Assembly (NCBI GenBank): GCA_050950765.1
Contig: JBMNIF010000002.1
Span: 128,001 to 192,000 of the forward strand
From: Bdellovibrionota bacterium
GTDB taxonomy: Bacteria > Bdellovibrionota_C > UBA2361 > JAAYZI01
Reading direction: 5' to 3'
Length of the DNA stretch: 64,000 nucleotides
Positions 28,500-39,937 of this stretch are shown piece after piece. The translations under genes and the position numbers were made by a program. Each line of letters starts with the position of its first letter. The first letter of the stretch is position 1. A model generated the notes under the pieces. That model searched no databases. It was not told where the DNA came from and saw nothing but the letters and a program-made list of their open reading frames with translations.

Positions 28500-31400
28500 T
28501 TAAAACTCAAGCCAGTATCCAAGATCTTCATATATTTTTATACGATCAGGTTGCTGCAAAGCATTAAAGAACCTTACTCCCAAAGCTGGATTAATTCCTC
28601 GCGGTTTATTGAGATAACGAGAGATCGCGCCGTTTATCTGCGCAACAAAACAAGAACTATCTTCTATATTACTGATATAATCGGTAGCAACGTCAGCCAA
28701 AAACCTGATAGGGATCTCCAACGTTTTACAGGTAATAGACGTATGCAATATATTAAGTCTATCGATCCGCTCCTGAACGGAGGCTTCCGAAAAGGTTGGA
28801 TCGTTATTAATTGTCGCATAAGCATAATCAACCCCGTGCTCTTTAGCTAGCCAGATAGAATCAAGTAAATAGATAGCCTCTCTAAAAAGTTTTCTCTGAT
28901 CGGTACGTGCAGCGACATTACTTATAAGGGTATTAAAAAAGCCTTCGGCTTTAGCAGCCTCTCTTTCAATATCTGCAACAAGGAGCTTTACACCTACCCT
29001 TTTAATTCCATCCAGAGATCCTTCTGCACACCTTCTAAAATCATAGTTTTCATTGATAGCCTCTGTAAGTTGATATTCAGAATAGATCGGCTTTAAAAAT
29101 TGTTGCCTCTTAGATTCGACTTTTCTCTTAATAGCATTAAAATTTTCTTCAAAAGACGTTAAAAACCAAGCCTCAACCTCCTTTGCCTTTTCTGTACCCA
29201 GCATAAGCTCCGTTTTTTTTACTAACGCGGCTAGATGTACCCCATATAAAGGAGCATCAAAGTTCAAAGGTAAACTAACACGTTCCAGAGAAAAGGCTGA
29301 AGTCGGATAGGTAAAACAGGCATCAATAGGATTGCCGTCGCTATCGAATTTATCTACTATCTCATCAAGAGTTTCAAAGAATTTCCTTCTTGCCGCTATA
29401 TTTGTAGCTGCAAGCTTTCCTAACATAATAGCGTAACTAGAAAAGAATTCTTCAGAAGGTGCAACATCAGAGAGTAGCTGCATCCTACCTAGCGCCTTGC
29501 CGTTTACATAATTTCTTAATATAAACGGCACCTCTTCTATTTTCGCATCACCGATCGGAAGGTTTTCAAAGATACTTTCTGAACAACGCGCCCCAAGTTC
29601 ACTCATAAACCACTTCTGCCATTTAAAAAAAGTTTTACACAACTCCTCTTGGCGTTCTGCAGAGCCAGAAGACATATCGCGATACTTTTTAAAAGAAGCT
29701 CCAGATTGTGAAAATTGTCTACCCCACAATGCTTTAGGTTGCGCACTCCCCGTCCCATACTGCACAACGAATGACATCCTTTCAGGATACCAATATTTTT
29801 TCACAAATTCAGGATCAGGGTCTCTTAAGGAATAACGTTCTGGGAAAGTAGCAACAAACGACCAATCTAGATCAGGATGTCTTTCAAGAACCATATTTTG
29901 CAAGCGCTCTACCTTCGGATTGATATCTTCTGGAAAGATATATTCTCGCTGATACCACTCCTTTGTATTTTTATCTTTCCAATAAATTGTGGTGTCCTCA
30001 GAACCGTCTCCGACCTCATGGCGCACAAGGTAGTACCTATGCCCATTATACATAATAAGCTCTGCTTTATTTAGATCGGAAGGCTTCTCGAACCCTAAGG
30101 GGCGCATCCCCAGATGTACTTTACCATTATCATCTCGCCAGCCGATAAAACCGCACTTCTCTACTTTATGTCTTCCTGTCAACTCTGACGGCAGGCTACT
30201 TAACGCCGTTTCTCTATTAAGCCCACGGTTAATAGCATATTGGATAGTTACCCATTGTTCATTTTGCGGATCATTTTCCCAAAATATTTCAGCTGTATTT
30301 TTACGATAGGTTTCAATAAAACCTTTCAGGGCGGTAAAGACTTTATCTTTTTTCTCGCTCCATTCATTTTCCGCGATACTTTGCGCAAGGTTATTGACCT
30401 GCACTAATTTTTCAAAGAGGCTTTTTAAAACACTTTCATTAGTTTCTCTGAAATATTGCCCATCTTTATCTTTTGCAACTACCAACAACTCAAAGTTTGA
30501 AGTTCCTACTGTATTCTTTTTTCTACCACAAGCTAACTCTTCAAGCCTTTTCAGGAAGAGCTCTCTATCATCACTAACTTCCTGTAACTTCGCAAAGGTA
30601 GTCAACGTCATCAAACGCTCATGTGTGGCAGCAACATAAAAGACTTCATTTCCACCTTCCGTAATAAAAAGATCTTTTTCAAGCGCCCTGCGAGCAGCAT
30701 CAATATCTTCTACAAAAAAGTTGGGGGCTTTATCCAACATTCCAATCTTACGCAGCTCTTTAAGATTTTCCGGACTTCCTTCAAAAGCCACGTCCACGTC
30801 GTTAATCCCCATAGACTGCACTAATTCAACAGCTGCTACTAATTTCTCCAAAGTTTTTTTCTGGTGCTTGGGGTCTCTTCCCATAACAGCGCTAAGCACT
30901 AATTTTCCGCCGACGATCCAAGCTCGCACACGACTTTCAATAATATCGTTTTTAAACTCTTCGGATAACTCGATACTGGAAATTCTTTTTGACAGTTCAG
31001 TAAGATCGCCATCGTAGGAAGGCTTTAATCGCTCCATCAATCTTTCATGTAGCTCATCTGTTAGATGTTTAATCCTTTCAAGTAATAGTAGATCATGAAT
31101 CGCTGGCGGTTGAAGATCTATACCTCGACAAGCGTTCTGGTCGACATAGATATTAACCAAGCGCCGCTCCTCGAGGCTACCTTCCAAGCACCGCTCCTCG
31201 GGGCTACCTTCTTGATTCGAAGTAAATCCGTAAGATCTCTGCCCGTTACGCAATTCGTTCTCAACTTCTTTAACACACTTAGCTAAGATTTTTTCAAATG
31301 CTTCGTTTTGTGAAGCGGTATATTTTTTAGGATCGGGGTTTTGAGTTTTGTTTAGTCGAAAGCTTGTATTCAGATTTATTGAACCTTGATCTACTACTGG

Positions 31401-31568
31401 AGGTTTGAGCACCTCTTGAGATAGGGACACTGTGCTGCCAGAGCTTGGATTCTGATTTACTGGAGGTACTGGTACCCCTTGAAATGAGGGATCTTCGCCT
31501 CTAGAGCTTAGATTCGGATCTGAGATAGCCGCCCTCATTTTTAGACACTCCATAGAAAAGCACCGCAA
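28500..31568 (-). CDS. Large hypothetical protein (about 1010-1020 aa)
   Basis: Long uninterrupted ORF; low-complexity N-terminus; no family recognised; start uncertain. Confidence 0.8.
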   Translation of the reverse strand: MRCFSMECLKMRAAISDPNLSSRGEDPSFQGVPVPPVNQNPSSGSTVSLSQEVLKPPVVDQGSINLNTSFRLNKTQNPDPKKYTASQNEAFEKILAKCVKEVENELRNGQRSYGFTSNQEGSPEERCLEGSLEERRLVNIYVDQNACRGIDLQPPAIHDLLLLERIKHLTDELHERLMERLKPSYDGDLTELSKRISSIELSEEFKNDIIESRVRAWIVGGKLVLSAVMGRDPKHQKKTLEKLVAAVELVQSMGINDVDVAFEGSPENLKELRKIGMLDKAPNFFVEDIDAARRALEKDLFITEGGNEVFYVAATHERLMTLTTFAKLQEVSDDRELFLKRLEELACGRKKNTVGTSNFELLVVAKDKDGQYFRETNESVLKSLFEKLVQVNNLAQSIAENEWSEKKDKVFTALKGFIETYRKNTAEIFWENDPQNEQWVTIQYAINRGLNRETALSSLPSELTGRHKVEKCGFIGWRDDNGKVHLGMRPLGFEKPSDLNKAELIMYNGHRYYLVRHEVGDGSEDTTIYWKDKNTKEWYQREYIFPEDINPKVERLQNMVLERHPDLDWSFVATFPERYSLRDPDPEFVKKYWYPERMSFVVQYGTGSAQPKALWGRQFSQSGASFKKYRDMSSGSAERQEELCKTFFKWQKWFMSELGARCSESIFENLPIGDAKIEEVPFILRNYVNGKALGRMQLLSDVAPSEEFFSSYAIMLGKLAATNIAARRKFFETLDEIVDKFDSDGNPIDACFTYPTSAFSLERVSLPLNFDAPLYGVHLAALVKKTELMLGTEKAKEVEAWFLTSFEENFNAIKRKVESKRQQFLKPIYSEYQLTEAINENYDFRRCAEGSLDGIKRVGVKLLVADIEREAAKAEGFFNTLISNVAARTDQRKLFREAIYLLDSIWLAKEHGVDYAYATINNDPTFSEASVQERIDRLNILHTSITCKTLEIPIRFLADVATDYISNIEDSSCFVAQINGAISRYLNKPRGINPALGVRFFNALQQPDRIKIYEDLGYWLEF

Positions 31569-31764
31569 GCACGGTGTACTACAAACTTACATCGCTGCAA
31601 GAAGCGACGATATAATACACTATTTTCTAATCTTTAGACCAGTTTTAGCACGGATAATCTTATGATATCGAATAAACTCTCCATTATCTGTTATCTATTT
31701 TTAAAGAAATGATAGTTATTGATTGTTTCTTTAATGTTGCAACAACGTTAGGTATTTACTTAGT

Positions 31765-32154
31765 TTATTTGGACGCACTCCATTTGCGTTGCAATCTTTC
31801 CAAAGCGCCGCCATAAGTCTGCTCAACTTGGTCTATAATTTGAGCTAATGTAAATTGTCCATCTTCGTCAAGGGTATTAGGGTGTGGCAGATACGCCAAG
31901 ATGCTAAAGGTGATCTCTTTTTCATTAACGAGGTACTTAGCAGCCTTCGACATCTTTTTAGCGAGCGCTATTATGTCAAAGGGGTAATAGTTCTCAACGG
32001 CTAATTTTAAACTTATTGATAATTCCTTAATAAGAGCGTGAACAAGTCCTGGAAAAATTTCACCTGGGTATTTTTCGATCCCATAGCACATGCCATCCAT
32101 CTCGATATCAAATACCTCATTAAAGCGATTTTTTACCTGCGAGTTCTGCTCCAT
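31765..32154 (-). CDS. Hypothetical protein
   Basis: 129-aa ORF co-oriented with its neighbours. Confidence 0.75.
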   Translation of the reverse strand: MEQNSQVKNRFNEVFDIEMDGMCYGIEKYPGEIFPGLVHALIKELSISLKLAVENYYPFDIIALAKKMSKAAKYLVNEKEITFSILAYLPHPNTLDEDGQFTLAQIIDQVEQTYGGALERLQRKWSASK

Positions 32155-32177
32155 TTTCGCATCGCCCTTAAAAAGAT

Positions 32178-33053
32178 CTATCCTGCATTAACCGCATAAG
32201 AAGGAGCTGATGTAGCACCACCTAGTTCACGATTAGCAATTGCTTTTGCTACATAATTTTCTCCTACACTGACAATTCCTCCAAGTGCTCCTGCAACTAA
32301 AGGTGAGCATGAGTACGACAAACCTTTGTTCATCAATTCTTTAAACACACGAGGCACAACAACTTTTAAACAAAGATCTTTTGCTTCTCTATTTAAAATA
32401 CCCGTATTACACACACATTGATACGCCTCTACAAGATCAGCTCCGAAAAAGTTTTTTGCTAATTCTTGAGAGATATAAAGTCCTGCGTCTTTTAAAATTG
32501 TGTTTACTTGGAAATCATTAATTTCTTTTCTAATATCATTTAAAACCCGATCGTGCCCTTCCAAAGAATCTACTGAGAGATTAACGTCATTATAGTTACC
32601 AGTAACAAATTCCAGTATTTCAGCAGTTGCTTCATTTGCTCCATTATCATCAGTAGATAGATTGAAAAAGCTCGCCCCCTCTAAAGCTAAAGGATTCTCC
32701 TTCTCTGCGCCTAGAGCTAGAGAAGGATCGGTACTTGCGATGGATATATTGGTAGGGTTCACCTCTTCAAGCTCTGCGTCTCCTTTTGCTGAAATATTTT
32801 TATCGTACTTTTTACCCTCTAAAGGATCTGCAAATCTATAAGCCCATTTTTCCCTTTCTTCCGCAGTCACAGGTGATGCGCTAACGGTCGCATTAGCGCC
32901 GAGCTTTGCCATCTTCATCAAGGACTGCTCTACCCTTTCAGCTGCCGTTTCAGCTGCTGCAGCTCCTCGATCTGCTCGCCGCATTCCATCTGCCGTTATA
33001 GTTCCTGCCGTTTCAGCCCTTGCTTGCTTACGATCATTTAGTTGCCCACCCAT
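32178..33053 (-). CDS. Hypothetical protein
   Basis: 291-aa ORF with a strong AAGAGGAG RBS upstream. Confidence 0.8.
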   Translation of the reverse strand: MGGQLNDRKQARAETAGTITADGMRRADRGAAAAETAAERVEQSLMKMAKLGANATVSASPVTAEEREKWAYRFADPLEGKKYDKNISAKGDAELEEVNPTNISIASTDPSLALGAEKENPLALEGASFFNLSTDDNGANEATAEILEFVTGNYNDVNLSVDSLEGHDRVLNDIRKEINDFQVNTILKDAGLYISQELAKNFFGADLVEAYQCVCNTGILNREAKDLCLKVVVPRVFKELMNKGLSYSCSPLVAGALGGIVSVGENYVAKAIANRELGGATSAPSYAVNAG

Positions 33054-33674
33054 AAGGCTCCTCTTATTTTTACAACTTTACAACTTACTACGTTACTGCG
33101 TTGCAACTTATCTCGTTACAACTTATTAACTGCAATTAGTATCGCATTAGTCATTAGCACTGCGTTAGCTTTTACACCAACGACACTACATCTTTATCTT
33201 TTATCTTTACCCTATGCTGATACCATATTCTAATACCGTATTCTAATACCATCTCGTTTCTTAGTACAGAGTCAGCATAAAATAAAAAATATTATGAAAA
33301 TATCATGACCTTTATCGTACTTTGAACGAATTATGCTTCAGGTAAAAAAGAGATAATACTACTATTATCACAGTATTATTCGGTATCTAGATCTATTATC
33401 TTAATATTTAAGATAAAAATAGCTGCCTTAGGCTCAACATATTATGTATAAAAGTAAAATATTACTCCTTTTACAATGTTTTAGGTGAAATTTTTCAAGG
33501 CTTTAGCATCCCTCTTAAAGAAAAAAGCATCTGGAGATACTGGAAATAAGACACTCAAGAGAGACAGAGGTGTTTTTCCCGTTAATAGGGCAAGATTTAG
33601 GATGTTCCTTTCTCTAAAAGTATGTAAATACTTAAAATGTTGTAACTTTTATTTTATTGTACGGCGTTATAACT

Positions 33675-36107
33675 ATGCGGATACTTAAATTTGGTGGTTC
33701 TTCACTTGCAACCCCTGAAAAAATCAAAAATGTAATTAGTATTATTCAGGAAGCTCGCAGAGAGCGTGAGGCGCTCGGCGTTGTTTTTTCTGCCTTTAGT
33801 GGAGTTACCGATGCTCTGATTGCAATTGGGGCACAGGCCATAACCCCTTCAGAAGATTACAAAACAAGTCTACAAGCCTTAGAAGATCGACACACTACCA
33901 TTTTAAAACAGTTAATTCCGACACCCGATCAAAGCCCCGCACTATTAACATTAAAGATGTGGTTCAACGACTTGGAGGATATCTTACAAGGCATTCACCT
34001 TATTGGGGAGCTCTCCCCTCGGTGTCTTGATAGAATTATGAGTTTTGGAGAGAGGCTTTCTGCCTACATTATTAGCCAAGCCATAGCAGGCGCCGAGTTC
34101 TTGGATAGCCGCGAAATTATAAGATCTGACGACTCCTACGGTTGTGGTCGTGTTTTGCCTATCAGCAATGATCTCATTAGAGAATATTTTTCCACTCATA
34201 AAGCGCTGCAGATTATAACGGGCTTTATCGCCTCCACCGTTGATAATAATACTACCACTCTCGGTCGGGGTGGTTCAGATTACACCGCTGCCATCATCGC
34301 AGCAGCTCTTAACTGTAAAGAGATTGAGATCTGGACGGATGTTGACGGCTTAATGACAGCCGACCCGAATAAAGTTCCAAAGGCGTTCTCCATTACGGAT
34401 CTAAGTTATGAAGAAGCTATGGAGCTTTCGCATTTCGGTGCAAAGGTTATCTATCCGCCGACTATGCAGCCTGCCCTTGATAATGGGCTCTCCATCAGAA
34501 TTTTAAACTCATTCAATCCGTCGTATCAAGGCACGGTGATTTCGAAAGAGCCATCAAAAGACCGTCCAGTTGTAACGGGGATATCCTCTATCTCACACAT
34601 TGCGCTAATCCGTGTTGAAGGTAGTGGCATGGTTGGAGTAACAGGTATCTCGAAACGTTTGTTTGGAGCGTTAGCAGAAAATAATATCAGTGTGATCTTA
34701 ATTACACAGGCATCTTCTGAACACACGATCTGTTTTGCAGTGCAACCTGAACACGCCGAGGAGGCTTGTAGCGCTATTACAAAAGAATTTAAACTTGAGA
34801 TCGATGCTAAAATCCTTGCTAACGTCATCATCGAAAAGGATCTCTCCATTGTCTCCGTTGTTGGCGAACATATGCGGAACTCACCAGGCTTAGCAGGCAG
34901 AACGTTTTACGCTCTCGGTAAAAACGGTATTAATATTTCGGCGATAGCACAAGGCTCATCAGAATTAAATATCTCAGCTGTTATTCCGTACTGCGACGAG
35001 ACTAAAGCTCTTAACGCTTTACACGATGAGTTCTTCTTCCCAGATAAAAAATCCATCAACGTTTTTTTAATAGGTACGGGGTTGATCGGCGGAGAGCTTT
35101 TAAGACAGATCGCAGCACAGCAACAGTTTTTAGATACGGAGCTAGCTCACGAAATAAAAGTTATCGCTATCGCCAACTCCAGAAAGATGTTCTTTGCACC
35201 GCACGGTGTTGACTTAAAAAAATATACGGAGCTGCTTGAAACAACCTCAACAGCTAGCGACCTCTCTCAATTTATAAAACAGATGCAGGAGTTGAACCTT
35301 CCTAACAGTGTGCTGGTTGATTGCACGGCAAGCTCGGAAGTGCCCGCCATCTATGAAGCTGTTTTAAAATCGAGTATCTCTATTGTAACACCGAACAAGA
35401 GGTCTCAAACCGCCGATCTGGATCTATATCTATCTCTAAAAAAAGCGGCAAGACGTCGCGGTGTGTCGTTCTTATATGAAACGAGTGTCGGAGCAGGGCT
35501 ACCTATTTTAAGCACACTGAATGACCTCTTAAAGAGCGGAGATGAGATTATAAAGATTGAAGCTGTCCTTTCAGGAACTCTTAGTTATATCTTTAATTCA
35601 TTCACAGCAGGCTCAAAATTTAGTGACATCGTTCTACAAGCGAAAGAGGCGGGCTATACGGAACCAGACCCACGAGATGATCTGAACGGCTTAGATGTAG
35701 CTCGTAAGATCTTAATCTTAGCTAGAGAATCAGGTTTAGAACTTGAGTTGCAAGACGTAGATATTCAAAACCTTGTTCCGGAAGAGTGTAGGAATTCTTC
35801 TTCAGTTCATGATTTTTTTGAGTGCTTAAAACGGTATGATCCGTATTTTGAAGACCTCAGAGCCAAAGCAGAGGCTTGCGGAAAAAAGATGGCTTATATA
35901 GCATCTCTTTCGGAAGGACGTGCTGTTGTAAGTTTGCAAAGTATTGATGAGACCCATCCCTTCTACAATTTGTCTGGAAGTGATAACATCATCTCTTTCA
36001 CGACGAGTCGTTATAAAGAACGTCCTTTAGTTGTAAAAGGTCCCGGTGCTGGATCGGCGGTAACTGCAGCCGGTGTCTTTGCGGATATTATACGCATTGC
36101 TAATTAA
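33675..36107 (+). CDS. thrA: Bifunctional aspartate kinase / homoserine dehydrogenase I
   Basis: MRILKFGGSS, TLGRGGSDY, WTDVDG, two ACT domains, GYTEPDPRDDL and GPGAG motifs. Confidence 0.97.
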   Translation: MRILKFGGSSLATPEKIKNVISIIQEARREREALGVVFSAFSGVTDALIAIGAQAITPSEDYKTSLQALEDRHTTILKQLIPTPDQSPALLTLKMWFNDLEDILQGIHLIGELSPRCLDRIMSFGERLSAYIISQAIAGAEFLDSREIIRSDDSYGCGRVLPISNDLIREYFSTHKALQIITGFIASTVDNNTTTLGRGGSDYTAAIIAAALNCKEIEIWTDVDGLMTADPNKVPKAFSITDLSYEEAMELSHFGAKVIYPPTMQPALDNGLSIRILNSFNPSYQGTVISKEPSKDRPVVTGISSISHIALIRVEGSGMVGVTGISKRLFGALAENNISVILITQASSEHTICFAVQPEHAEEACSAITKEFKLEIDAKILANVIIEKDLSIVSVVGEHMRNSPGLAGRTFYALGKNGINISAIAQGSSELNISAVIPYCDETKALNALHDEFFFPDKKSINVFLIGTGLIGGELLRQIAAQQQFLDTELAHEIKVIAIANSRKMFFAPHGVDLKKYTELLETTSTASDLSQFIKQMQELNLPNSVLVDCTASSEVPAIYEAVLKSSISIVTPNKRSQTADLDLYLSLKKAARRRGVSFLYETSVGAGLPILSTLNDLLKSGDEIIKIEAVLSGTLSYIFNSFTAGSKFSDIVLQAKEAGYTEPDPRDDLNGLDVARKILILARESGLELELQDVDIQNLVPEECRNSSSVHDFFECLKRYDPYFEDLRAKAEACGKKMAYIASLSEGRAVVSLQSIDETHPFYNLSGSDNIISFTTSRYKERPLVVKGPGAGSAVTAAGVFADIIRIAN

Positions 36108-36265
36108 TTTTAGCTGCAAATTAGTGCTGTACATTATTAAAAGTTGTTAAACGTCGTCATAAGACGGGGCGAGAAAAACCGTTTTGTATGGTGTTTAGCA
36201 ATTTTGTTAATCGTCTGCGGTAACAATTTATAAGACGATTAAAAACGTTGTCATTAGGGACTGTA

Positions 36266-37747
36266 ATGGTTTTCAATCCTTCTCTTTATGAGATAAACAC
36301 GCGTGTTTGGCTACGACAGTTTGATACGCCTGATAAACGAGCTACTTTCAAAGATATCCCCGACACTTATTGGATTAAGCTTGCCGAAAAAGGTATCGAC
36401 TATGTTTGGTTGATGGGGATCTGGAAGACTACACCATCTACCGTTGAAAAATATTGCTTTGAAAGTAATTTAGTTGAAGCGTATAAAAAAGCGTTGCCGG
36501 ACTGGAAGAAAGAAGATGTGATAGGCTCACCCTATGCTATCGACTGCTATCAGATAAATCCGCAACTCGGCACAGAAGCTGAATTAGCAGAGCTACGTGA
36601 ACAACTAAAAAAACACGGCATAAAACTTATTTTGGATTTTGTCTCAAATCATTTTAGTGCAGACACTTCACTACTACACACTAATCCTAATATATTTCTC
36701 TCCGCATACTTTGAATCGTATAAGAGTGAATGGAGTACGTTTTATAAACCGTTAGCAACAGAGAAAGACCTCTATTTTGCACACGGTAGAGATCCGTATT
36801 TTCCTGCATGGAAAGATACCGTTCAGGTTAACTATTTTAATGAAGAAGCTCGTACCTTCATGATCGACTCTCTACTAAACATCGCTAAGATCTGTGATGG
36901 TGTCAGGTGTGATATGGCGATGCTAAATATCAATGATGTTTTTGAAAAAACATGGGGAGGAGTTCTCTCATCGCAAGGTTTTAAAAGGGCTAAAGATGAG
37001 TTTTGGAAAGTTGCTATCAGCACTTTAAAGAGGCGTTTCCCTGATTGCGTTATGATTGCTGAAGTGTATTGGGATATGGAGTGGATTCTTCAACAACAGG
37101 GCTTCGATTATACCTATGACAAAAAATTAACCGCCAGATTAGAAACAGGTAATCAATTTAAGATCCGCGGACACTTAAATGCCGAACATGATTATCAGAT
37201 GAAATCTGTCCGCTTTATTGAAAATCATGATGAGCAACGTGCTGCTGTGACCTTTAATTCAGAGAAGGGTAAAGCTGCTGCTATTATTATGAGCACCTTG
37301 CAAGGTATGCGCTTCTATCATGACGGTCAATGGGAGGGCTTTAAAACTCACCTTCCGATGCAGCTAGGGCGTGCGCCGTTTGAAGTTATTGATCAGGATA
37401 TTAAGGCGTTTTACGATCACTTACTTCAAATTATAAAGGAACCTGTTTTTAAAAATGGCTCTTGGGAATTTTTGGAATCGCTTCCTTCATGGACAGCTAA
37501 CGACACCTTTAACAATATCTTTGCTTGGGAATGGCGACTTGGCAAGGAGCGTCGACTGGTTACCGTTAATTATGCCGATGTTATGTCGAGTTGCAGATTA
37601 GCTCTTGATGTAAAAGGGTACGGTGAAAAGATCTTGTTTAAGGATATCTTAAACAATGAGACCTATCCACGTTCTACTGTTGAGGTGAATGAGGAGGGTT
37701 TATATATTCAACTGGATAAATACAGAAGCCATATCTTTTCATTTTAA
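36266..37747 (+). CDS. Alpha-amylase family (GH13) glycosidase
   Basis: YEINTR, GSPYAI, LDFVSNH, DGVRCDMAM, AEVYW and FIENHDE motifs; ATG start chosen at 36266. Confidence 0.9.
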   Translation: MVFNPSLYEINTRVWLRQFDTPDKRATFKDIPDTYWIKLAEKGIDYVWLMGIWKTTPSTVEKYCFESNLVEAYKKALPDWKKEDVIGSPYAIDCYQINPQLGTEAELAELREQLKKHGIKLILDFVSNHFSADTSLLHTNPNIFLSAYFESYKSEWSTFYKPLATEKDLYFAHGRDPYFPAWKDTVQVNYFNEEARTFMIDSLLNIAKICDGVRCDMAMLNINDVFEKTWGGVLSSQGFKRAKDEFWKVAISTLKRRFPDCVMIAEVYWDMEWILQQQGFDYTYDKKLTARLETGNQFKIRGHLNAEHDYQMKSVRFIENHDEQRAAVTFNSEKGKAAAIIMSTLQGMRFYHDGQWEGFKTHLPMQLGRAPFEVIDQDIKAFYDHLLQIIKEPVFKNGSWEFLESLPSWTANDTFNNIFAWEWRLGKERRLVTVNYADVMSSCRLALDVKGYGEKILFKDILNNETYPRSTVEVNEEGLYIQLDKYRSHIFSF

Positions 37748-37761
37748 AGGGAGGTGGAAAA

Positions 37762-38838
37762 ATGACTTCCGCCCCTACCCCACGTAAGATTATCCATATT
37801 GATATGGATGCTTTTTTTGCCGCTGTGGAGCAGCGCGATAATGAGTCGTATCGAGGCAAGCCTGTTATCGTGGGGGGAAGCCCTGAACAACGTGGCGTTG
37901 TTTCTACGGCGAGTTATGAAGCCAGAAAGTTTGGAGTTCATTCTGCGATGGCAACTGCTATCGCTATAAAACTTTGTCCGCAAGCGATCTTGTTACCACC
38001 ACGTTTTAAAATCTATAAGCACATTTCGCAGCATATCATGGGGATTTTACGACGTTACACCCCTCAAGTAGAGGTGATGGGGCTTGATGAAGCTTACTTA
38101 GATGTCACCGCCTATGCCCGTGGTAGTAGGTACGCTAGAGAGATCGCTAAAAATATCTTGACTGACATCTACAAAGAGACAGCGCTTACCGCTTCTGCGG
38201 GAGTTGCGCCCAATAAATTTTTAGCAAAAATCGCTTCAGATTATAGGAAGCCTCACGGCTTGACCGTTATCTCACCGGAACGTGTTGCTTCGTTTTTAGC
38301 TGATCTCCCTGTAAAAAAGCTCCCTGGTGTTGGCAGATCGACAGAAAAGAAGATGGCGTTGCATAATATCTACACCATTACAGACCTGCACAAACACTCT
38401 CAAGAAAAGTTGCAGGCGCTATTTGGAAAGTACGGGCAGATCTTTTATGATATGGCGCGTGGTGAAGACCAGCGCGAAGTAATAACCTCTCGTGAAATAA
38501 AATCTATCGGATGTGAAGAGACATTTCCGAAAGATATTATCTCTACTCATGAGATCCTCTCCCATTTAAGAGAGATCTCTTTAGAGCTTGAGCGTCGTAT
38601 CGCTAAAAAGTGCACGGGTGCAAAAACAGTCACTTTAAAGGTAACGTATTCTGATTTTAGAAAGATCACTAGAAGTATCACGCAAAGAGAGAGAGTTTCA
38701 AAAAGCGCAGACCTCTTCAACATCTCTCGCAAGCTACTAGAGAAGACGGAGGCGGGAAAGGTTCCGATCCGCCTCCTCGGCATTTCAGTTTCAGGACTAG
38801 ACCCTGATGAAAGCCAGCAGCTACTACTCCCCTTTTAA
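37762..38838 (+). CDS. dinB: DNA polymerase IV
   Basis: IIHIDMDAFFAAVEQRD, SYEARKFGVHSAM, LDEAYLD and NKFLAKIASD motifs. Confidence 0.97.
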   Translation: MTSAPTPRKIIHIDMDAFFAAVEQRDNESYRGKPVIVGGSPEQRGVVSTASYEARKFGVHSAMATAIAIKLCPQAILLPPRFKIYKHISQHIMGILRRYTPQVEVMGLDEAYLDVTAYARGSRYAREIAKNILTDIYKETALTASAGVAPNKFLAKIASDYRKPHGLTVISPERVASFLADLPVKKLPGVGRSTEKKMALHNIYTITDLHKHSQEKLQALFGKYGQIFYDMARGEDQREVITSREIKSIGCEETFPKDIISTHEILSHLREISLELERRIAKKCTGAKTVTLKVTYSDFRKITRSITQRERVSKSADLFNISRKLLEKTEAGKVPIRLLGISVSGLDPDESQQLLLPF

Positions 38839-39126
38839 TTGAACGGGGTGATATTAAAAAATGAAGTAGCTAGATCTGTACGGCGCAAAAAGTGTCACCC
38901 TCTAGGGACGGTTGAACGGGGTGATATAGAAAAACGAAGTAGCTAGATTTTAACGAAGGTAAAAAATTTCACCCTCTAGTGACGATTGAACAGGCGGCGA
39001 TCGCAGAACGAATCGGCTAGGTTTCTACGAAGGTCAAAAAAGTCACCCACCAGTGACGGTGGAACGGGGTGATATAGAAAAACGAAGTAGCTAGATCTGT
39101 ACGGCGCAAAAAGTGTCACCCTTTAG
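38839..39126 (-). repeat. Tandem array B: four 73-74-bp copies of module M1 of the mosaic family
   Basis: Units start at about 38839, 38912, 38986 and 39059 (TTGAACGGG...AGCTAGATCT...TCACCC). Confidence 0.92.
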
Positions 39127-39144
39127 CTTTGTTGTTTATTTAAC

Positions 39145-39900
39145 TTACAAACTAAAGATATTTCCCTTCTGCCTTAATCTCTTAAAGCTGTATCTGTAAA
39201 AGCAGAATGAAACAAGCAACAGTAGGCAAGAGAGTAAAGCTGATGTATATAAAAGATTTAGATCGCCGTGTCTTATATATTCAAAGATCATTCCCAATGG
39301 AGAGGCGCTGGCGATCTTTTGTAGTACGACTGGCAACTTCTCAACTGGCACATATGGAGATGACAGCATCACAATAAAGGTTAATAAATTAAAGGCGATG
39401 AAGCCGTAAGTTTGATTTAATCTGATGATAATTGCTGCTGCAAAAACAGCTAACCCCAATGCAAAGAGCAAAAAGCATGGGAATGATATAAATAACGGCA
39501 ATAGATCCTGCACTGAAAGTCCAAAGAAGAGGAGACTTAGAAACGAAAACAGTACCGTACCGATAATTCCCATAACTATCCCGAAGGTTAGCATTGCAAT
39601 TAAATAGCTTGTTGTATCGATTCCAGATCTAAATAGCTCGGGGAATTCTCTCGACCACAAATCGTGCATCATTACGTTATTAGCTTGGACTTGGATCATC
39701 GTCATCACTCCCCAAACCATATTTATTAAAAACAGATCCCTTGCAACATCGGTTGCAACGATATCAGCGTACAAAAAAAGACCCCAAATCATCAAACTCG
39801 CCACAGGGTAGAGCAACATTTCAATAATTCGTCCCTTTTCCGCAAATAAACCTCTAAAAGCCCTGTAACAAAGTGCCTTAACTACATTCTTACAACGCAT
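39145..39900 (-). CDS. ABC-2 type transporter permease
   Basis: About 6 TM segments, SSPYVPVEKLP motif, downstream of an ABC ATPase. Confidence 0.85.
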   Translation of the reverse strand: MRCKNVVKALCYRAFRGLFAEKGRIIEMLLYPVASLMIWGLFLYADIVATDVARDLFLINMVWGVMTMIQVQANNVMMHDLWSREFPELFRSGIDTTSYLIAMLTFGIVMGIIGTVLFSFLSLLFFGLSVQDLLPLFISFPCFLLFALGLAVFAAAIIIRLNQTYGFIAFNLLTFIVMLSSPYVPVEKLPVVLQKIASASPLGMIFEYIRHGDLNLLYTSALLSCLLLLVSFCFYRYSFKRLRQKGNIFSL

Positions 39901-39937
39901 AACGTCACCTTTTCAAAATCGTATCTAAAATTGTCAA

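Noticed and set aside
33054..33674. Possible thr attenuator or riboswitch upstream of thrA
   Set aside because: No Thr/Ile-rich leader peptide with a terminator or recognisable riboswitch seen; the 63- and 67-aa ORFs look spurious
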